Assembly (NCBI RefSeq): GCF_009914755.1
Contig: NC_060927.1
Source of the DNA: the human T2T-CHM13v2.0 reference genome, Homo sapiens
DNA: 64,000 nt
Strand: one strand, 5' to 3'
Shown here: positions 41,897-55,614 of the stretch, in pieces
How positions within the stretch are numbered: the stretch's first letter is position 1
Layout: the number at the start of each line of letters is the position of its first letter
Translations under genes and position numbers: made by a program
Notes under the pieces: model-generated
Seen by the model: only the letters and a program-made list of their open reading frames with translations
Told to the model about the DNA's origin: nothing
The model's database searches: none

Positions 41897-43020
41897 TTTT
41901 AAAAATTATTTGTATCAACATACAATAATTACACATATTTAATAGGTCCATGTGATATTTTGATACAGAGTGTGTAATGATCAAGTCAGGGTAATTAAAC
42001 TACATATCATCTCACTCATTTATCATATATTTATCTTATCTAGCTGCTCTGACTAGGACTTCCAGTACTCTTTTGAATAAAAGGGCTGAAAGTGGGCATT
42101 TTTATCTTCTTCCAGAACTTAGAAGAAAGGCTTTCAATTTTTCCCCATTCAATATGGTGCTAGCTGTGAGTTTTATGTATACAGCCTTTGTTATTTTGAG
42201 GCATGTTTCTTCCATGCTCAGTTTGTTGATTTTTTTCATCATGAATTGATGTCGAATTTTATCCAATTCTTTTTGACATCTATTGAAATAACCATGTGGT
42301 GTTGTCCTTGGTTGTATTAATGTAACGTATCAAGTTTATTGATTTGCATATGTAATGTGATACTTCCAGCTTTATTCTTTTTGCTCAGGATTGTTTTGAC
42401 TATTTAGGGTCTTTCGTGGTTCCATATGAATTTTAGGATTGTTTTTTCATTTCTGGAAAAATGTTATTTGTATTTATACAAAGAATGCATTGAATCTATA
42501 GATCGCGTTTGGTATTATGCACATTTTAACAGTGTTAATTCTTCCAATCCATGAACATAAGCTATCTTTTCATTTTTTGTGTGTCTTCATCAATTTTCCT
42601 TATTGGCATTTTATAGTGTTCATTGTAAAGATTTTAACTTCTTTAGTTAAATTAATTCCTAGTTAATTTATTTTTTGTAGCTAACGTAAATGAAATTGGA
42701 TTTTTAAATTTCTTTTTCAGAATTTTACTGTTGGTGTATAGAAATGCTACTGATTTTTGTACGTTGATTTTGTATCCTAAAACTTTAATGAACTCATTTG
42801 TCATTTGTCAGTTCTAACAATTTTTGGTGGAGTCTAGATTTTTCATTTGGAAAAAGAATAACTTGACATATTATTTTCCAATTTGAATGTTCTTTATTTA
42901 TTTGTGTTGGGGACATTCCAGATACTCTGTTCTAGCTACTTTGAAATATGCAATAAATTATTGTTAACTGTAGTCACCCTAGTGTGCTACAGAACACCAG
43001 AATTATTCCTTCTACCTAGG
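41897..43020 (-). mobile_element. L1MA 3' end containing a permuted L1 ORF2 segment (42033-42903)
   Basis: 3' UTR sequence at 41897-42032 resumes at 42904; the intervening ORF2 pieces are in B-A order relative to colinear L1. Confidence 0.75.
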
Positions 43021-46000
43021 TAAGGAACTCCATGCATTCCCCAGGCAACTACTCATTTGCTACTATAGATTAATTTGCATTTTTCTAGAATTGTATATTA
43101 ATGTAATAATAGAATATATATTGTTTGTTGGTCTGGCTTTTTTCTTCCATGTTGTCATATGTGCCATTTTTATTGCTAAATGATAGTCTACTAAGTACTG
43201 TTTCAAATGTATACACTGCAATGTGTTTATAAATTCATCTGCTGTTAGATAGGGGATGGTTTGTGCGTAAGTTTTTATATGGAAATATAGTACAAGTGGA
43301 GCAGCAAAATCATGTAAGTGTATGTTTTAAGAATGTCCAAAAAACCATCAAACTATTTTACAATTGGTTATAGCATTTTATACTCCCACAAAAAATATAT
43401 TACAGTTCCACTTACTAATATCCTTGCTATCATTTAGTCAGATATACAATTTTAGTTATTTTAGTAGGTGTGTAATGGTATCTCATTGTGGTTTAAATGT
43501 TTATTTTCTTACTAATAATGAATACATTTTTCTGTGCTGATCTGCCAGCTGTATATCCTATGCTAAAGTGTCAATTGAAGTTTATTGCCCACCTTTAATT
43601 GTGTGCTTGTTTCCTGAATATTGAATTTAGAGAATTCTTATATCATTTATGAACTGCAAACATTTTCTTACTGTCTGTAGATTTTTTTCCATTTTCCAAA
43701 CCATGTTTTTCTTTCTTTCTAACTTTTATTTTAGTTTCAGGGGGTATATGTGCAGGCTTGTTACATGGGTAAATTGCATGTCATGGAAGCTTTTTGTACA
43801 GATTATTTTGTTACTCAGGTAAGGAACATTGCACCTCATAGGTGGTTTTTCAGTTCTCAACTGCTCCTACTCTCTACCCTTAAGTAGTCCCTGGTGTCTA
43901 TTGTTCTCCTCTTTGTATCCACATGTACTCAATGTTTAGCTCCAACTTATAAGTGAGAATGTGTAGTTGGTTTTCTGTTTTTGCATTCATTTGCTTAGGA
44001 TAATGGCCTCCAGCTCCATCTCTGTTGCTGAAAGAACATAATTTAATTCTTTTTATAGCTGTGTAGTGTTCCATGATGTGTATGTACCATATTTTCTCTA
44101 TCTAGTTCATTAAAGGCATCTAGGTTGATTCAATGTCTTTGTCTTTGTAAATACTGCAATAATGAACCTATGTGTATATGTGTGCATGTGTCTTCATGTA
44201 GAACAATTTATATTTATTTGGGTATATACCTAGCAATGAGATTGCTGGGTAAAAAGGTGGTACTCATTTAAACTCTTTCAGAAATTTCCAAACTGTTTTC
44301 CACAGTGGCTGAACTAATTTACATTTCCATCAGCAGTGTATAAGCTTTCTCTTTTCTCCACATCTTCACCAGCATCTGTTATTTCTGGACTTTTAAAGAA
44401 TAGCCATTCTGACTAGTATGAGATGGTATTATTGTGGTTTTGATTTCCACCCCTCTGATGATTAGTAATGTTAAATATTTTTTCATTTGTTTGTTTGCTG
44501 CATGTATATCTTGTTTTGAGAAGTGCCCATTCATGTCCTTTGCTCATTTTTTAATGGGGTGTTGGTTTTGCTTGTTATTTTGTTTAAGTTTCTTATAGAT
44601 ACTGGATATTAGACCTTTGTCAGAAGCATAGTTTGCAAATATTTCCCCTCATTCTGTATGTTGTCTGTTTACTCTCCTCCTAGTTTCCAATGCTGTGCAG
44701 AAGCTTTGTAGTTTAATAAGTCCTACTTGTCAATTACCGTTTTTGCTGCAATTGCTTTTGGAGTCTTTGTCATGAAATCTTTGCCAAAGGCTACGTTCAG
44801 AATAATATTTCATAGTTTTTTCTTCCAGGGGTTTTATAGGTTTGGGTTTCATATTTAAATCTTTAATCTATCTTAAGTTGATTTTTATATATGGTGAAAT
44901 GGACGGGTCCAGTTTCAGTCTTCTGCATATGGCTAGCCAGCTCTCCCAGCATCATTTATTGAATAGGAATTCTTTACCCCACTGCTTGTTTTTGTCAACT
45001 TTGTCAAAGCTCAGATATTTTCCCTTGTGTGGGTTTATTTCTGGGTTCTCTAATCAGTTTCATTTGTCTATGTGTCTGTTTTTCTACCAGTACTATGTTG
45101 TTTTGGTTAGTGAGGCCTTGTAGTACATAGTTTGAAGTCATGTGGTGTGATGTTTCTGGTTTTGTTCTTTTTGCTTAGGATTGCTTTGGCTATTTGGGCT
45201 TTTTTTGTTCAATATGAATTTTAAAATTGCTTTCTCTAATTCTGTGAAAAATATCATTGGTAGTTTGGTAGAAATAGTATTGAATCTGTAAATTTCTTTG
45301 GGCAGTATGGTCATTTTAACAGTACTGAGTCTTCCTATCCATGAGCACGGAATGTGTCTTCACTTGTTTGTGTCTTTTCTGACCTCTTTCAGCAGTGTTT
45401 TGTAATTCTTATTGTAGATATTGTTGCCTTCCCTGGTTAGCTGTACTCTTAGGTATTTTATCATTTTATAGCTATTGTGAATTGGATTCCATTTTGGATT
45501 TGGCTCTTAGACTGAACATTATTGGTATATAAAAATGTACTAAATTACGCACATTGATTTTGTATTCTGAAACATTGCTGAAGTTGTTGATGAGATCTAG
45601 GAGTCCTTGGGCAGAAACTATGTGACTTTCTAGGTATAAAATCACATTGTTTGTATAAGTTTGAGTTTCTCTCTTCCTATTTGTACATGTTTTATATCTT
45701 TCTCTTGCCTGGTTGCTCTGGATAGGACTTTTAGTTCTATGTTGAATAGCAGTGCTAAGAGTGGACATGCCTGTTTTGTTCTGGTTCTCAAGGGGAATGC
45801 TTTCTACTTTTTCCCATTTGGCGTGATGTTGACTGTGGGTTTGTCATAGAAGTCTCTTATTTTTTTGAGGTACTTCCCTTTGATATGTAGTTTATTGAGA
45901 GATTTTAACATGAAAGGATGTAGAATTTTATCAAAAACCTCTTCATCATCTATTGAAATGATTATGTGGTTTCTGTTTTCAATTCTGCTTATGTGGTAAA

Positions 46001-48074
46001 TTATATTTATTGATTTTCATGTGTTGAACCAGTCTTGCATCCCAGGAATAAAGCTTACTTGATTGCATTGGATCAGCTTTGCGATGTGTTACTGGTATCA
46101 GTTTCCTGATACTTTGTTGAAAATTTTTGAATCTGGGTTCATCAGGGATATTGGTCTGATGTTTTTGGTAGGAGTCCTTCCTCCCCATTTTTTTTTTTTT
46201 TTTTGGAATAACTTCAGTAGCATTGGTACCAGCTCTTCTTTATAAGTCTGGTAAAATTTGGCTGTGAATCTGTCTTGTCCAGGGCTTTTTCTTGTTGGTA
46301 GGTTTTTTATTATTGATTCACCTTTGAAACTCCTTATAGTCTGTTAATGATTTTCATTTCTTCCTGGTTCACTCATGAGAGGTTATATGCTTCCAGGAAT
46401 TTATCCATCTCTTCTAGGTTTTCTAGTTTGTCTCCAAAGTGGTGATCATTATAGCCTCTGAGGGTTTTTTGTATTTCTGTGGGGTTGGTGACAATGTCAC
46501 CTTTGTCATTTTTAATTCTGTTTATTTGGATATTCTCACTTTTTAATTTATTAATCTAGCTAGCAGTCTATCAATGTTATTTATTCTTTCAAAGAACCAA
46601 CTTTGGGTTCATCTATCCTTTTTATACATTTTTGTGTTCAATTTTGTTCAGTTCAGCTTTGATTTCTGGTTATTTATTTTCTTCTGCTATGTTTGGGGTT
46701 GGTTTCCTCTTGTTTTTGTAGTTTATCTGGATGCAATATAAATGTTATTTTGAGGTCTAACTTCTTCATATAGGCAATTAGTGCTATGAACTTTCCTCTT
46801 AACACTGCTTAGCTGTGTCCCAGAGATTCTATTGTATTGTATCCTTGTTTTCATTAGTTTCCAAGAATATTTTTTTAATTTCTGCATTAATTTCATTCTT
46901 TACCCCAAAGTCATTCAGGAATAGGTTGTTTAATTTCCATGTAATTGTTTGATTTTGAGAGTTCTTCTTGGTATTGACTTCTCTTTTAATTATGCTGTAG
47001 TCTGAGAGTATGCTTGGTATGATTTTGGTTTCTTTAGAATTTTTGAGAATTGCTTTATTGCTGAGCATGTGTTTGATTTTCGAGTACGTGCCATGTGCAG
47101 ATGAGAAGAATATATATTCTGCTGTTGCTGCATGGAGTCTTCTACAGATGTCTATTAGGTCCTTTTGATGAAGTGTCGAAGTTTAGATCCTAGATATGTT
47201 TGTTAGTTTTCTAATTCATTGATCCATCTAACACTGTCAGCGAGCTGTTGAAGTCTCCCACTATTATTGTGTAGTTATCTAGGTCTCTACATGTCTCTAT
47301 AAGAACTTGTTTTACAAATCTGGGTGCTCCAGCATTGGGTGCATATATATTTAGGACCGTTAATTCTTCTTTTCGAATTGAACCCTTTATCATTATGTAA
47401 CGCCCTTCTTGGCTTTTTAAAAATTTTTTGTTGGTTTAAAGTCTGTTTTTCTGAAATAGGAATAGGAACTCCTGCTCTTTTTGTTTTCAGTTGGCTTGGT
47501 AGATTTTTCTCCATCACTTTCCTTTGAGCCTATGAATGTCACTTCATGTGATGGGTCTCTCGAAGATAACATAGAGTTGGGTCTTGCTTCTTTATCCAAC
47601 TTGCCAATCTGTGCCTTTTAAATGGGATGTTTAGCTCAACATTTAAAGTTAATATTGATATATGCGCATTTGATCTTGTCATCATGTTATTACCTGGTTG
47701 TTATGTAGACATGTTTTTGTCTTTGCTTTATAATGTTAATGGTGTATGTACTTAAGTGTGTTTTTATGATGGCTGGTAATAGTCTTTCATTTCCATATTT
47801 AGCACTAACTTAAGGACTTTTTTTAAAAGAGGTCTCATGGTTTCCTTAACATTTGCTTAACTGAAAAGATTTCATTGCTTCTTTGCTTATAAAACTTAGT
47901 TTGCCTGGTTATAAAATACTTGGTTAGAATTTCTTTTCTTTGTGGATGCTGAATATAGGCCTTCAGTCTCTTCTTGCTTGTAGGGTTTCTGCTGAAAAGT
48001 CTACTTTGAGCCTGATGAAGTTCCCATTGTAGGTAACCTGCCCTTCTCCCTTCTCTCTAGCTATTTTTAATATA

Positions 48075-48406
48075 TTTTCTTTTTCTTTTCTTTTTTCTTT
48101 CTGAGACAGAGTCTCACTCTGCTGCCCAGGCTGGAGTGCAGTAGAGCTATCTCAGCTCACTGTAACATCCACCTCCCGGGACTGCAACCTCCGCCTCCTG
48201 GGTTCGAGCAATTCTAGTGTCTCAGCCTCCCGAGTAGCTGGGATTATAGGCATGTGCCACCACTCCCAGCTAATTTTTGTATCTTTAGTAGAGTCAGGGT
48301 TTCACCATCTTGGCCAGGCTGGTCTCAAACTTTTGACCTCATGTGACACACCTGTCCTTGCCTCCCAAATTCCTGGGATTACAGGTGTGAGCCACCGTGC
48401 CCAGCC
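48075..48406 (-). mobile_element. AluS element with a ~21-bp internal duplication
   Basis: Reverse dimer; TSD TTTAATATATTTTCTTT/TTTAATATGTTTTCTTT; actg(t/c)aac..cc.cctcc.ggg repeated at 48159-48202. Confidence 0.93.
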
Positions 48407-48446
48407 TTTAATATGTTTTCTTTCACATGGCTTTGGAGAATCTGAT

Positions 48447-48895
48447 TGTCAGGCCTCTGAGCCCAAGCCAAGCCATCGCATCCCCTGTGACCTGCACATA
48501 TATGCCCAGATGGCCTGAAGTAACTGAAGAATCACAAAAGAAGTGACTATGCCCTGCCCCATCTTAACTGATGACATTCCACCACAAAAGTGTAAATGGC
48601 CGGTCCTTGCCTTAAGTGATGACATTACCTTGTGAAAGTCCTTTTCCTGGCTCATCCTGGCTCAAAAACACCCCCACTGAGCACCTTGCGACCCCTACTC
48701 CTGCCCACCAGAGAACAAACCCCCTTTGACTGTAATTTTCCTTTACCTACCCAAATCCTATAAAAGGGCCCCACCCTTATCTCCCTTTGCTGACTCTCTT
48801 TTCGGACGCAGCCCGCCTGCACCGAGGTGAAATAAACAGCCACGTTGCTCACACAAAGCCTGTCTGGTGGTCTCTTCACATGGACACACATGAAA
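48447..48895 (+). promoter_or_regulatory. 5' LTR7 (LTR7up-like) promoter/enhancer
   Basis: tgtcaggcctctgagccc...catgaaa; TATA cctataaaa ~48767-48775; ACAAAAG SOX-type motifs; AATAAA. Confidence 0.9.
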
Positions 48896-48897
48896 TT

Positions 48898-48915
48898 TGG
48901 TGCCGTGACTCGGAC
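48898..48915 (+). other. Primer binding site complementary to tRNA-His
   Basis: TGGTGCCGTGACTCGGAC, one mismatch to the tRNA-His 3' complement TGGTGCCGTGACTCGGAT. Confidence 0.92.
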
Positions 48916-50516
48916 TGGGGGACCTCCCTTGGGAGATCAATCCCCTGTCCTCCTGTTCTTTGCTCCATGAGAAAGATCCACCTACGACCTCAGGTCCTCA
49001 GACTGACCAGCCCAAGAGACATCTCACCAATTTCAAATCTGGTAAGCGGCCTCTTTTTACTCTCTTCTCCAACCTCCCTCACTATCCCTCAACCTCTTTC
49101 TCCTTTCAATCTTGGCGCCACACTTCAATCTCTCCCTTCTCTTAATTTCGATTCCTTTCATTTTCTGGTAGAGAAAAGGAGACACATTTTATCTGTGGAC
49201 CCAAAACTCCGGCGCCGGTCACGGACTGGGAAGGCAGCCTTCCATTTGTGTTTAATCATTGCAGGGACGCCTCTCTGATTATACACCCACATTTCAAGGG
49301 TGTCAGACCACTCAGGGATGCCTGCCTTGGTCCTTCACCCTTAGTGTCAAGTCCCGCTTTTCGGGGAAGGGGCAAGTACCCCAACCCCTTCTCTCCGTGT
49401 CTCTACCCCTTCTCTGCCTTTCCTAGGGAAGGGGCAAGTACCCCTCAACCCCTTCTCCTTCACCCTTAGCGGCAAGTCCTGCTTTCCTAGGGGGCAAGGA
49501 CCCCCCAATCGCTTATTTCCACACCCCAACCTCTCATCTCCACACCCCAATCCCTTATTTCTGTGCCCCAAACCCTTCTCTGCTTTTCTGGAGGGCAAGA
49601 ACCCCCCATCCCTTCTCCGTGTCTCTACTGCTTTCTCTGGGCTTGCCTCCTTCACTATGGATAAGCTTCCACCTTCCATTCCTCCCTCTTCTCCCTTAGC
49701 CTGTGTTCTCAAAAACTCAAAACCTCTTCAACTCACACCTGACCTAAAACCTAAATGCCTTATTTTCTTCTGCAATGCTGCTTGACCCCAGTACAAACTC
49801 AACAGTAGTTCCAAATAGCCGGAAAATGGCACTTTCAATTTTTCCATCCTACAAGATCTAAATAATTCTTTTCTTAAAATGGTCAAAATGGTCTGAGGTG
49901 CCTGACATCCAGGCATTCTTTTACACATCAGTCCCTTCCTAGTCTCTGTGCCCAGTGCAACTCGTCCCAAATCTTCCTTCTTTCCCTCCCGCCTGTCCCC
50001 TCAGTCCCAACCCCAAGCGTCACTGAGTCTTTTTAATCTTCCTTTTCTACAGACCTATCTGACCTCTCCCCTCCTCGCCAGCCCAAGCTAGGTCCCAATT
50101 CTTCCTCAGCCTCCGCTCCTCCACCCTATAATCCTTTTATCACCTCCCCTCCTCACACCTGGTCCAGCTTACAGTTTCGTTCCGTGACTAGTCCTCCCCA
50201 ACCTGCCCAGCAATTTACTCTTAAAAAGGTGGCTGGAGCTAAAGGCATAGTCAAGGTTAATGCTCCTTTTTCTTTATCCCAAATCAGAAGCGTTTAGGCT
50301 CTTTTTCATCAAATATAAAAATCCAGCCCAGTTCATGACTTGTTTGGCAGCAACCCTGAGACACTTTACAGCCCTAGACCCTAAAAGGTCAAGAGGCTGT
50401 CTTTTTCTCAATATACATTTTATTACCCAATCTGCTCCTGACATTAAATAAAACTCCAAAAATTAAATTCTGGCCCTCAAACCCCACAACAGGATTTAAT
50501 TAACCTCGCCTTCAAG

Positions 50517-50753
50517 GTGTACAACAATAGAAAAAAGTTGCAATTCCTTGCCTCCACTGTGAGACAAACCCCAGCCACATCTCCAGCACACAAGAACTTC
50601 CAAACGCCTGAACCTCAGCAGTCAGGCTTTCCTCCAGAACCTCCTCCCCCAGGAGCTTGCTACACGTGCTGGAAATCTGGCCACTGGGCCAAAGAATGCC
50701 CACAGCCCGGGATTCCTCCTAAGCTGCATCCCATCTGTGTGGGACCCCACTGA
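50517..50753 (+). pseudogene. gag: HERV-H gag nucleocapsid remnant
   Basis: CCHC zinc knuckle CYTCWKSGHWAKEC; fragmented frame. Confidence 0.85.
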
Positions 50754-50934
50754 AAATCAGACTGTTCAACTCACCTGGCAGCCACTCCCAGAGCCCCTGG
50801 AACTCTGGCCCAAGGCTCTCTGACTGACTCCTTCCCAGATTCTTCTTGGCTTAGCGGCTGAAGACTGACACTGCCCAATCACCTTGGAAGCCCCCTAGAC
50901 CATCACGGACGCTGAGCTTCGGGTAACTCTCACA

Positions 50935-53100
50935 GTGGAGGGTAAGCCCATCCCCTTCTTAATCAATACGGAGGCTACTCACTCCACATTACCTTCTTTT
51001 CAAGGGCCTGTTTCCTTTGCCCCCATAACTGTTGTGGGTATTGACGGCCAGGCTTCTAAACCTCTTAAAACTCCCCAACTCTGGTGCCAACTTAGACAAT
51101 ACTCTTTTAAGCACTCCTTTTTAGTTACCCCCACCTGCCCAGTTCCCTTATTAGGCTGAGACACTTTAACTAAATTATCTGCTTCCCTGACTATTCCTGG
51201 ACTACAGCCACATCTCATTGCTGCCCTTCTTCCCAATCCAAAGCCTCCTTTGCGTCCTCCTCTTGTATCCCCCACCTTAACCCACAAATATAAGCTACGT
51301 CTACTCCCTCCTTGGTGACTGATCATGCACCCCTTACCATCTCATTAAAACCTAATCACCCTTACCCCACTCAACACCAATATCCCATCCCGCAGCATGC
51401 TTTAAAAAGATTAAAGCCTGTTATCACTCACCTGCTACAACATGGCCTTTTAAAGCCTATAAAAACTCCTTACAATTTCCCCATTTTACCTGTCCTAAAA
51501 CCAGACAAGCCTTACAAGTTAGTTCAGAATCTGCGCCTTATCAACCAAATTGTTTTGCCTAGCCACCCCGTGGTGCCAAACCCATATACTCTCCTATCCT
51601 CAGTACCTGCCTCTACAACCCATTATTCTGTTCTAGATCTCAAACATGCTTTCTTTACTATTTCTTTGCACCCTTAATCACAGCCTCTCTTCACTTTCAC
51701 TTGGACTGACCCTGACACCCATCAAGCTCAGCAAATTACCTGGGCTGTACTGCCACAAAGCTTCACAGACAGCTCCCATTACTTCAATCAAGCCCAAATT
51801 TCTTCCTCATCTGTTACCTATCTCGGCATAATTCTCATAAAAACACATGTGCTCTCCCTGCCAATCGTGTCGGACTGATCTCTCAAACCCAAGCACCTTC
51901 TACAAAACAACAACTCCTTTCCTTCCTAGGCATGGTTAGTGCGGTCAGAATTCTTACACAAGAGCCAGGACCACACCCTGTAGCCTTTCTGTCCAAACAA
52001 CTTGACCTTACTGTTTTAGCCTAGCCCTCATGTCTGCGTGCAGCAGCTGCCGCTGCTTTAATACTTTTAGAGGCCCTCAAAATCACAAACTATGCTCAAC
52101 TCACTCTCTACAGTTCTCATAACTTCCAAAATCTATTTTCTTCCTCATACCTGATGCATATACTTTCTGCTCCCCGGCTCCTTCAGCTGTACTCACTCTT
52201 TGTTAAGTCCCACAATTACCGTTGTTCCTGGCCGGGACTTCAATCCGGCCTCCCACATTATTCCTGATACCACACCTGACCCCCATGACTGTATTTCTCT
52301 GATCCACCTGACATTCACCCCATTTCCCCAAATTTCCTTCTTTCCTGTTCCTCACCCTGATCATGCTTGATTTATTGATGGCGGTTCCACCAGGCCTAAT
52401 CACCACACACCAGCAAAGGCAGGTTATGCTATAGTACAAGCCACTAGCCCGCCTCTTAGAACCTCTCATTTCCTTTCCATCGTGGAAATCTATCCTCAAG
52501 GTAATAAATTCTCAGTGTTCCATCTGCTATTCTACTACTCCTCAGGGATTATTCAGTCCCCCTCCCTTCCCTACACATCAAGCTCAAGGATTTGCCCCCA
52601 CCCAGGACTGGCAAATTAGCTTTACTCAACATGCCCTGAGTCAGATAACTAAAATACCTCTTAGTCTAGGTAGACACTTTCACTGGATAGGTAGAGGCCT
52701 TTCCTACAGGGTCTGAGAAGGCCACCGCAGTCATTTCTTCCCTTCTGTCAGACATAATTCCTCAGTTTAGCCTTCCCACCTCAATACAGTCTGATAACAG
52801 ATGACCCTTTATTAGTCAAATCAGCCAAGCAGTTTTTCAGGCTGTTAGTATTCGGTGAAACCTTTATATCCCTTACAGTCCTCCGTCTTCAAGAAAAGTA
52901 GAATGGACTAAAGGTCTTTTAGAAACACACCTCACCAAGCTCAGCCACCAACTTAAAAAGGACTGGACAATACTTTTACCACTTTCCCTTCTCAGAATTC
53001 AGGCCTGTCCTCAGAATGCTACAGGGTACAGCCCATTTGAGCTCCTGTATAGACGCTCCTTTTTATTAGGCCCCAGTCTCATTCCAGCCACCAGACCAAC
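50935..53100 (+). pseudogene. pol: HERV-H pro-pol remnant (dead protease, partial RT, RNase H/integrase pieces)
   Basis: FLINTEATHS (DTG mutated), PILPVLKPDK and SVLDLKHAFF RT motifs; stops, frameshifts and deletions. Confidence 0.85.
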
Positions 53101-53693
53101 TTAGACTGTGCCCCCAAAAAACTTGTCATCCCTACTATCTTCTCTCTAGTCATACTCCTATTCACCGTTCTCAACTACTCATACAGGCCCTGCTCTTGTT
53201 TACACTGCCTGTTTACACTGTTTCTCCAGGCCATCACAGCTGATATCTCCTGGTGCTATCCCCAAACTGCCACTCTTAACTCTTGAAGTAAATAAATAAT
53301 CTTTGCTGGCAGGACTATGCTGAATCTCCTTAAGCACTCTCTAATCAGATATCCTGAGTCGTTCCAATTCTTAGACCTTTTATACCTGTTTTTCTCCTTC
53401 TGTTATTCCATTTAGTTTTCCAATTCATACAAAACCGTATCCAGGCCATCACCAATCATTCTATACGACAAATGTTTCTTCTAACATCCCCACAATATCA
53501 CCCCTTACCACAAGACCTCCCTTCAGCTTAATCTCTCCCACTCTAGGTTCCCACGCCGCCCCTAATCCCGCTTGAAGCAGCCCTGACAAACATCGCCCAT
53601 TCTCTCTCCATATCACCCCCCAAAAATTTTCGCCGCCCCAACACTTCAACACTATTTTGTTTTATTTTTCTTATTAATATAAGAAGTCAGGAA

Positions 53694-54145
53694 TGTCAGG
53701 CCTCTGAGCCCAAGCCAAGCCATTGCATCCCCTGTGACCTGCACATATACGCCCAGATGGCCTAAAGTAACTGAAGAATCACGAAAGAAGTGAATATGTC
53801 CTGCCCCATCTTAACTGACGACATTCCACCACAAAAGAAGTGTAAATGGCCAGTCCTTGCCTTAACTGACGACATTACCTTGTGAAAGTCCTTTTCCTGG
53901 CTCATCCTGGCTCAAAAACACCCCCACTGAGCACCTTGCGACCCCCACTCCTGCCCGCCAGAGAACAAACCCCCTTTGACTGTAATTTTCCTTTACCTAC
54001 CCAAATCCTATAAAAGGGCCCCATCCTTATCTCCCTTCGCTGACTCTCTTTTCGGACTCAGCCCACCTGCACCCAGGTGAAATAAACAGCCATGTTGCTC
54101 ACACAAAGCCTGTTTGGTGGGCTCTTCACACGGACGCGCATGAAA
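53694..54145 (+). promoter_or_regulatory. 3' LTR7
   Basis: About 95% identical to the 5' LTR (hand count ~23 substitutions and one 3-bp indel). Confidence 0.92.
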
Positions 54146-55343
54146 CTGATGACAATGTGTATTGAGGATGGTCTCCTTGTATGGCATCTTGCAGGGCTTC
54201 TCTGGTTTTCCTGAATTTGAATGTTGACTTCTTTAGTGAGGCTGGGAAAATTTTCAAGGACAATGTCCTCAAATATGTTTTCCAAGTTACTTGCTCTCTG
54301 TCCTTCTCCTTCAGTGAGGCCAATGAGTCATAGATTTGGCCTCTACCTAATCTTGTATTTCTTAGAGATTTTGTTCAATTTTTAAAATTCTTTTTTTTTT
54401 TTTAAATTTTTGCATGAATGAGTTGATTAAAAGAACCAGTCTTCAAGCTCTGGAATCCTTTCCTCAGCTTGGTCAATTCTGCTATTAAATTTTCCAATTG
54501 TAATATCAGCTTCAACAGATTAGTTTTGTTTGTTTGTTTTGTTTTGTTTTCATAAAATGGTTATTTTATCTTTCAGCTCTGGTATCATTTTATTGGCTTC
54601 CTTAAGTTCCTTGGATTGGGTTTCACCTTTCTTCTGAATCTCAATGATTCTTGCTGCCACCCAGATTCTGAATTCTATGTCTGTCATTCCAGCCATTTCA
54701 GCCTCGTTATGAACCATTGCTGGGTAGCTAGGGTGTTTGTTTGGAGTTGAGAAGACACTCAGGCCTTTTGAGTTGCCAAAGTTCTTGTGCTTGTTCTTTC
54801 TCATCTGTGTGGGCTGATGTTCCTTTCATCTGTGAAGTTGCTGTCGATTGAATAGGGCTTTTTCCTTTATAGTCTTTAATTCCTTTGAAGGATTGGCTGT
54901 GGTATAGAACCTGGGGTCAGTTAACTGGCTTCATTTCTGTATGATTTCATGAGGCCAAGGCTCTACTCAGCACTCCTGGCCTGCCTGCTGTAATTCTGGG
55001 GTTCTGGGTCTAGGCCCACAGCTTTGTTCTCTGGTCCCTTGCTGTTAAACACCTGCTGTGCTGGAGGGGCTGAGGTGTTCTCAGGCCACTGGCAACAACG
55101 CTCCAATGGGTGTTCTGACCAAAGTGCTTCATCAGGGCAGTGTCAGTGTGGTCTATGCATATGGTTGTGCCAACAGTTACAGTTACAGGGTGGCAGGATC
55201 TGCATGTGTGCATGTGTTGGTGGGGACAGGGCAGTGGTAGTGAGATCTGCAAATGTGCTAGTTGTGGCAGAGTGGCCAGGTCCACACATGTGTGTCTGCG
55301 AAATGGTGGGCAGTGGTTGTGAGTGCAAACTGGTAAAGTACTG

Positions 55344-55614
55344 TATTTTATTGTATTTATTTAAAGACAGAGTCTCACTTTGTTGCCCAGGCTGAAACAC
55401 AGTGGCATATGAAATGACCATCACTCACTTCAACCCCAGACTCCTGGGCTCAAGCAATCCTCCACTCCAGCCTCCTGAGTAGCTAAGACTATAGGCATGC
55501 ACTGCCACACCTGGCTAATTTTTCAATTTTCTTATAGAGATGGGGTGTCACTGTGTTGCCCAAGCTTATGGTCTCAAAGTGCTAGGATTACAGGCATGAG
55601 CTACCAGCCTTGTC
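55344..55614 (-). mobile_element. AluJ element with internal deletion
   Basis: ctcctgggctcaagcaatcctcc AluJ diagnostics. Confidence 0.8.

Larger units (their letters stand above)
48447..54145 (+). mobile_element. HERV-H provirus, common 5.7-kb deleted form, with two LTR7s
   Basis: LTRs 48447-48895 and 53694-54145; perfect 5-bp TSD CTGAT; tRNA-His PBS; gag zinc knuckle, protease, RT and integrase remnants; env largely deleted; PPT 53681-53693. Confidence 0.97.
43710..55335 (-). mobile_element. Near full-length L1PA13-16-type LINE-1, interrupted by an Alu (48075-48406) and HERV-H (48447-54145)
   Basis: 3' UTR from 43710, ORF2 remnants (LTVLNIYAPN at 47211-47393), ORF1 remnants on both sides of HERV-H (start MRKNKHKN at 54804), GC-richer 5' UTR to ~55335; sequence rejoins across the CTGAT TSD. 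Confidence 0.9.
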
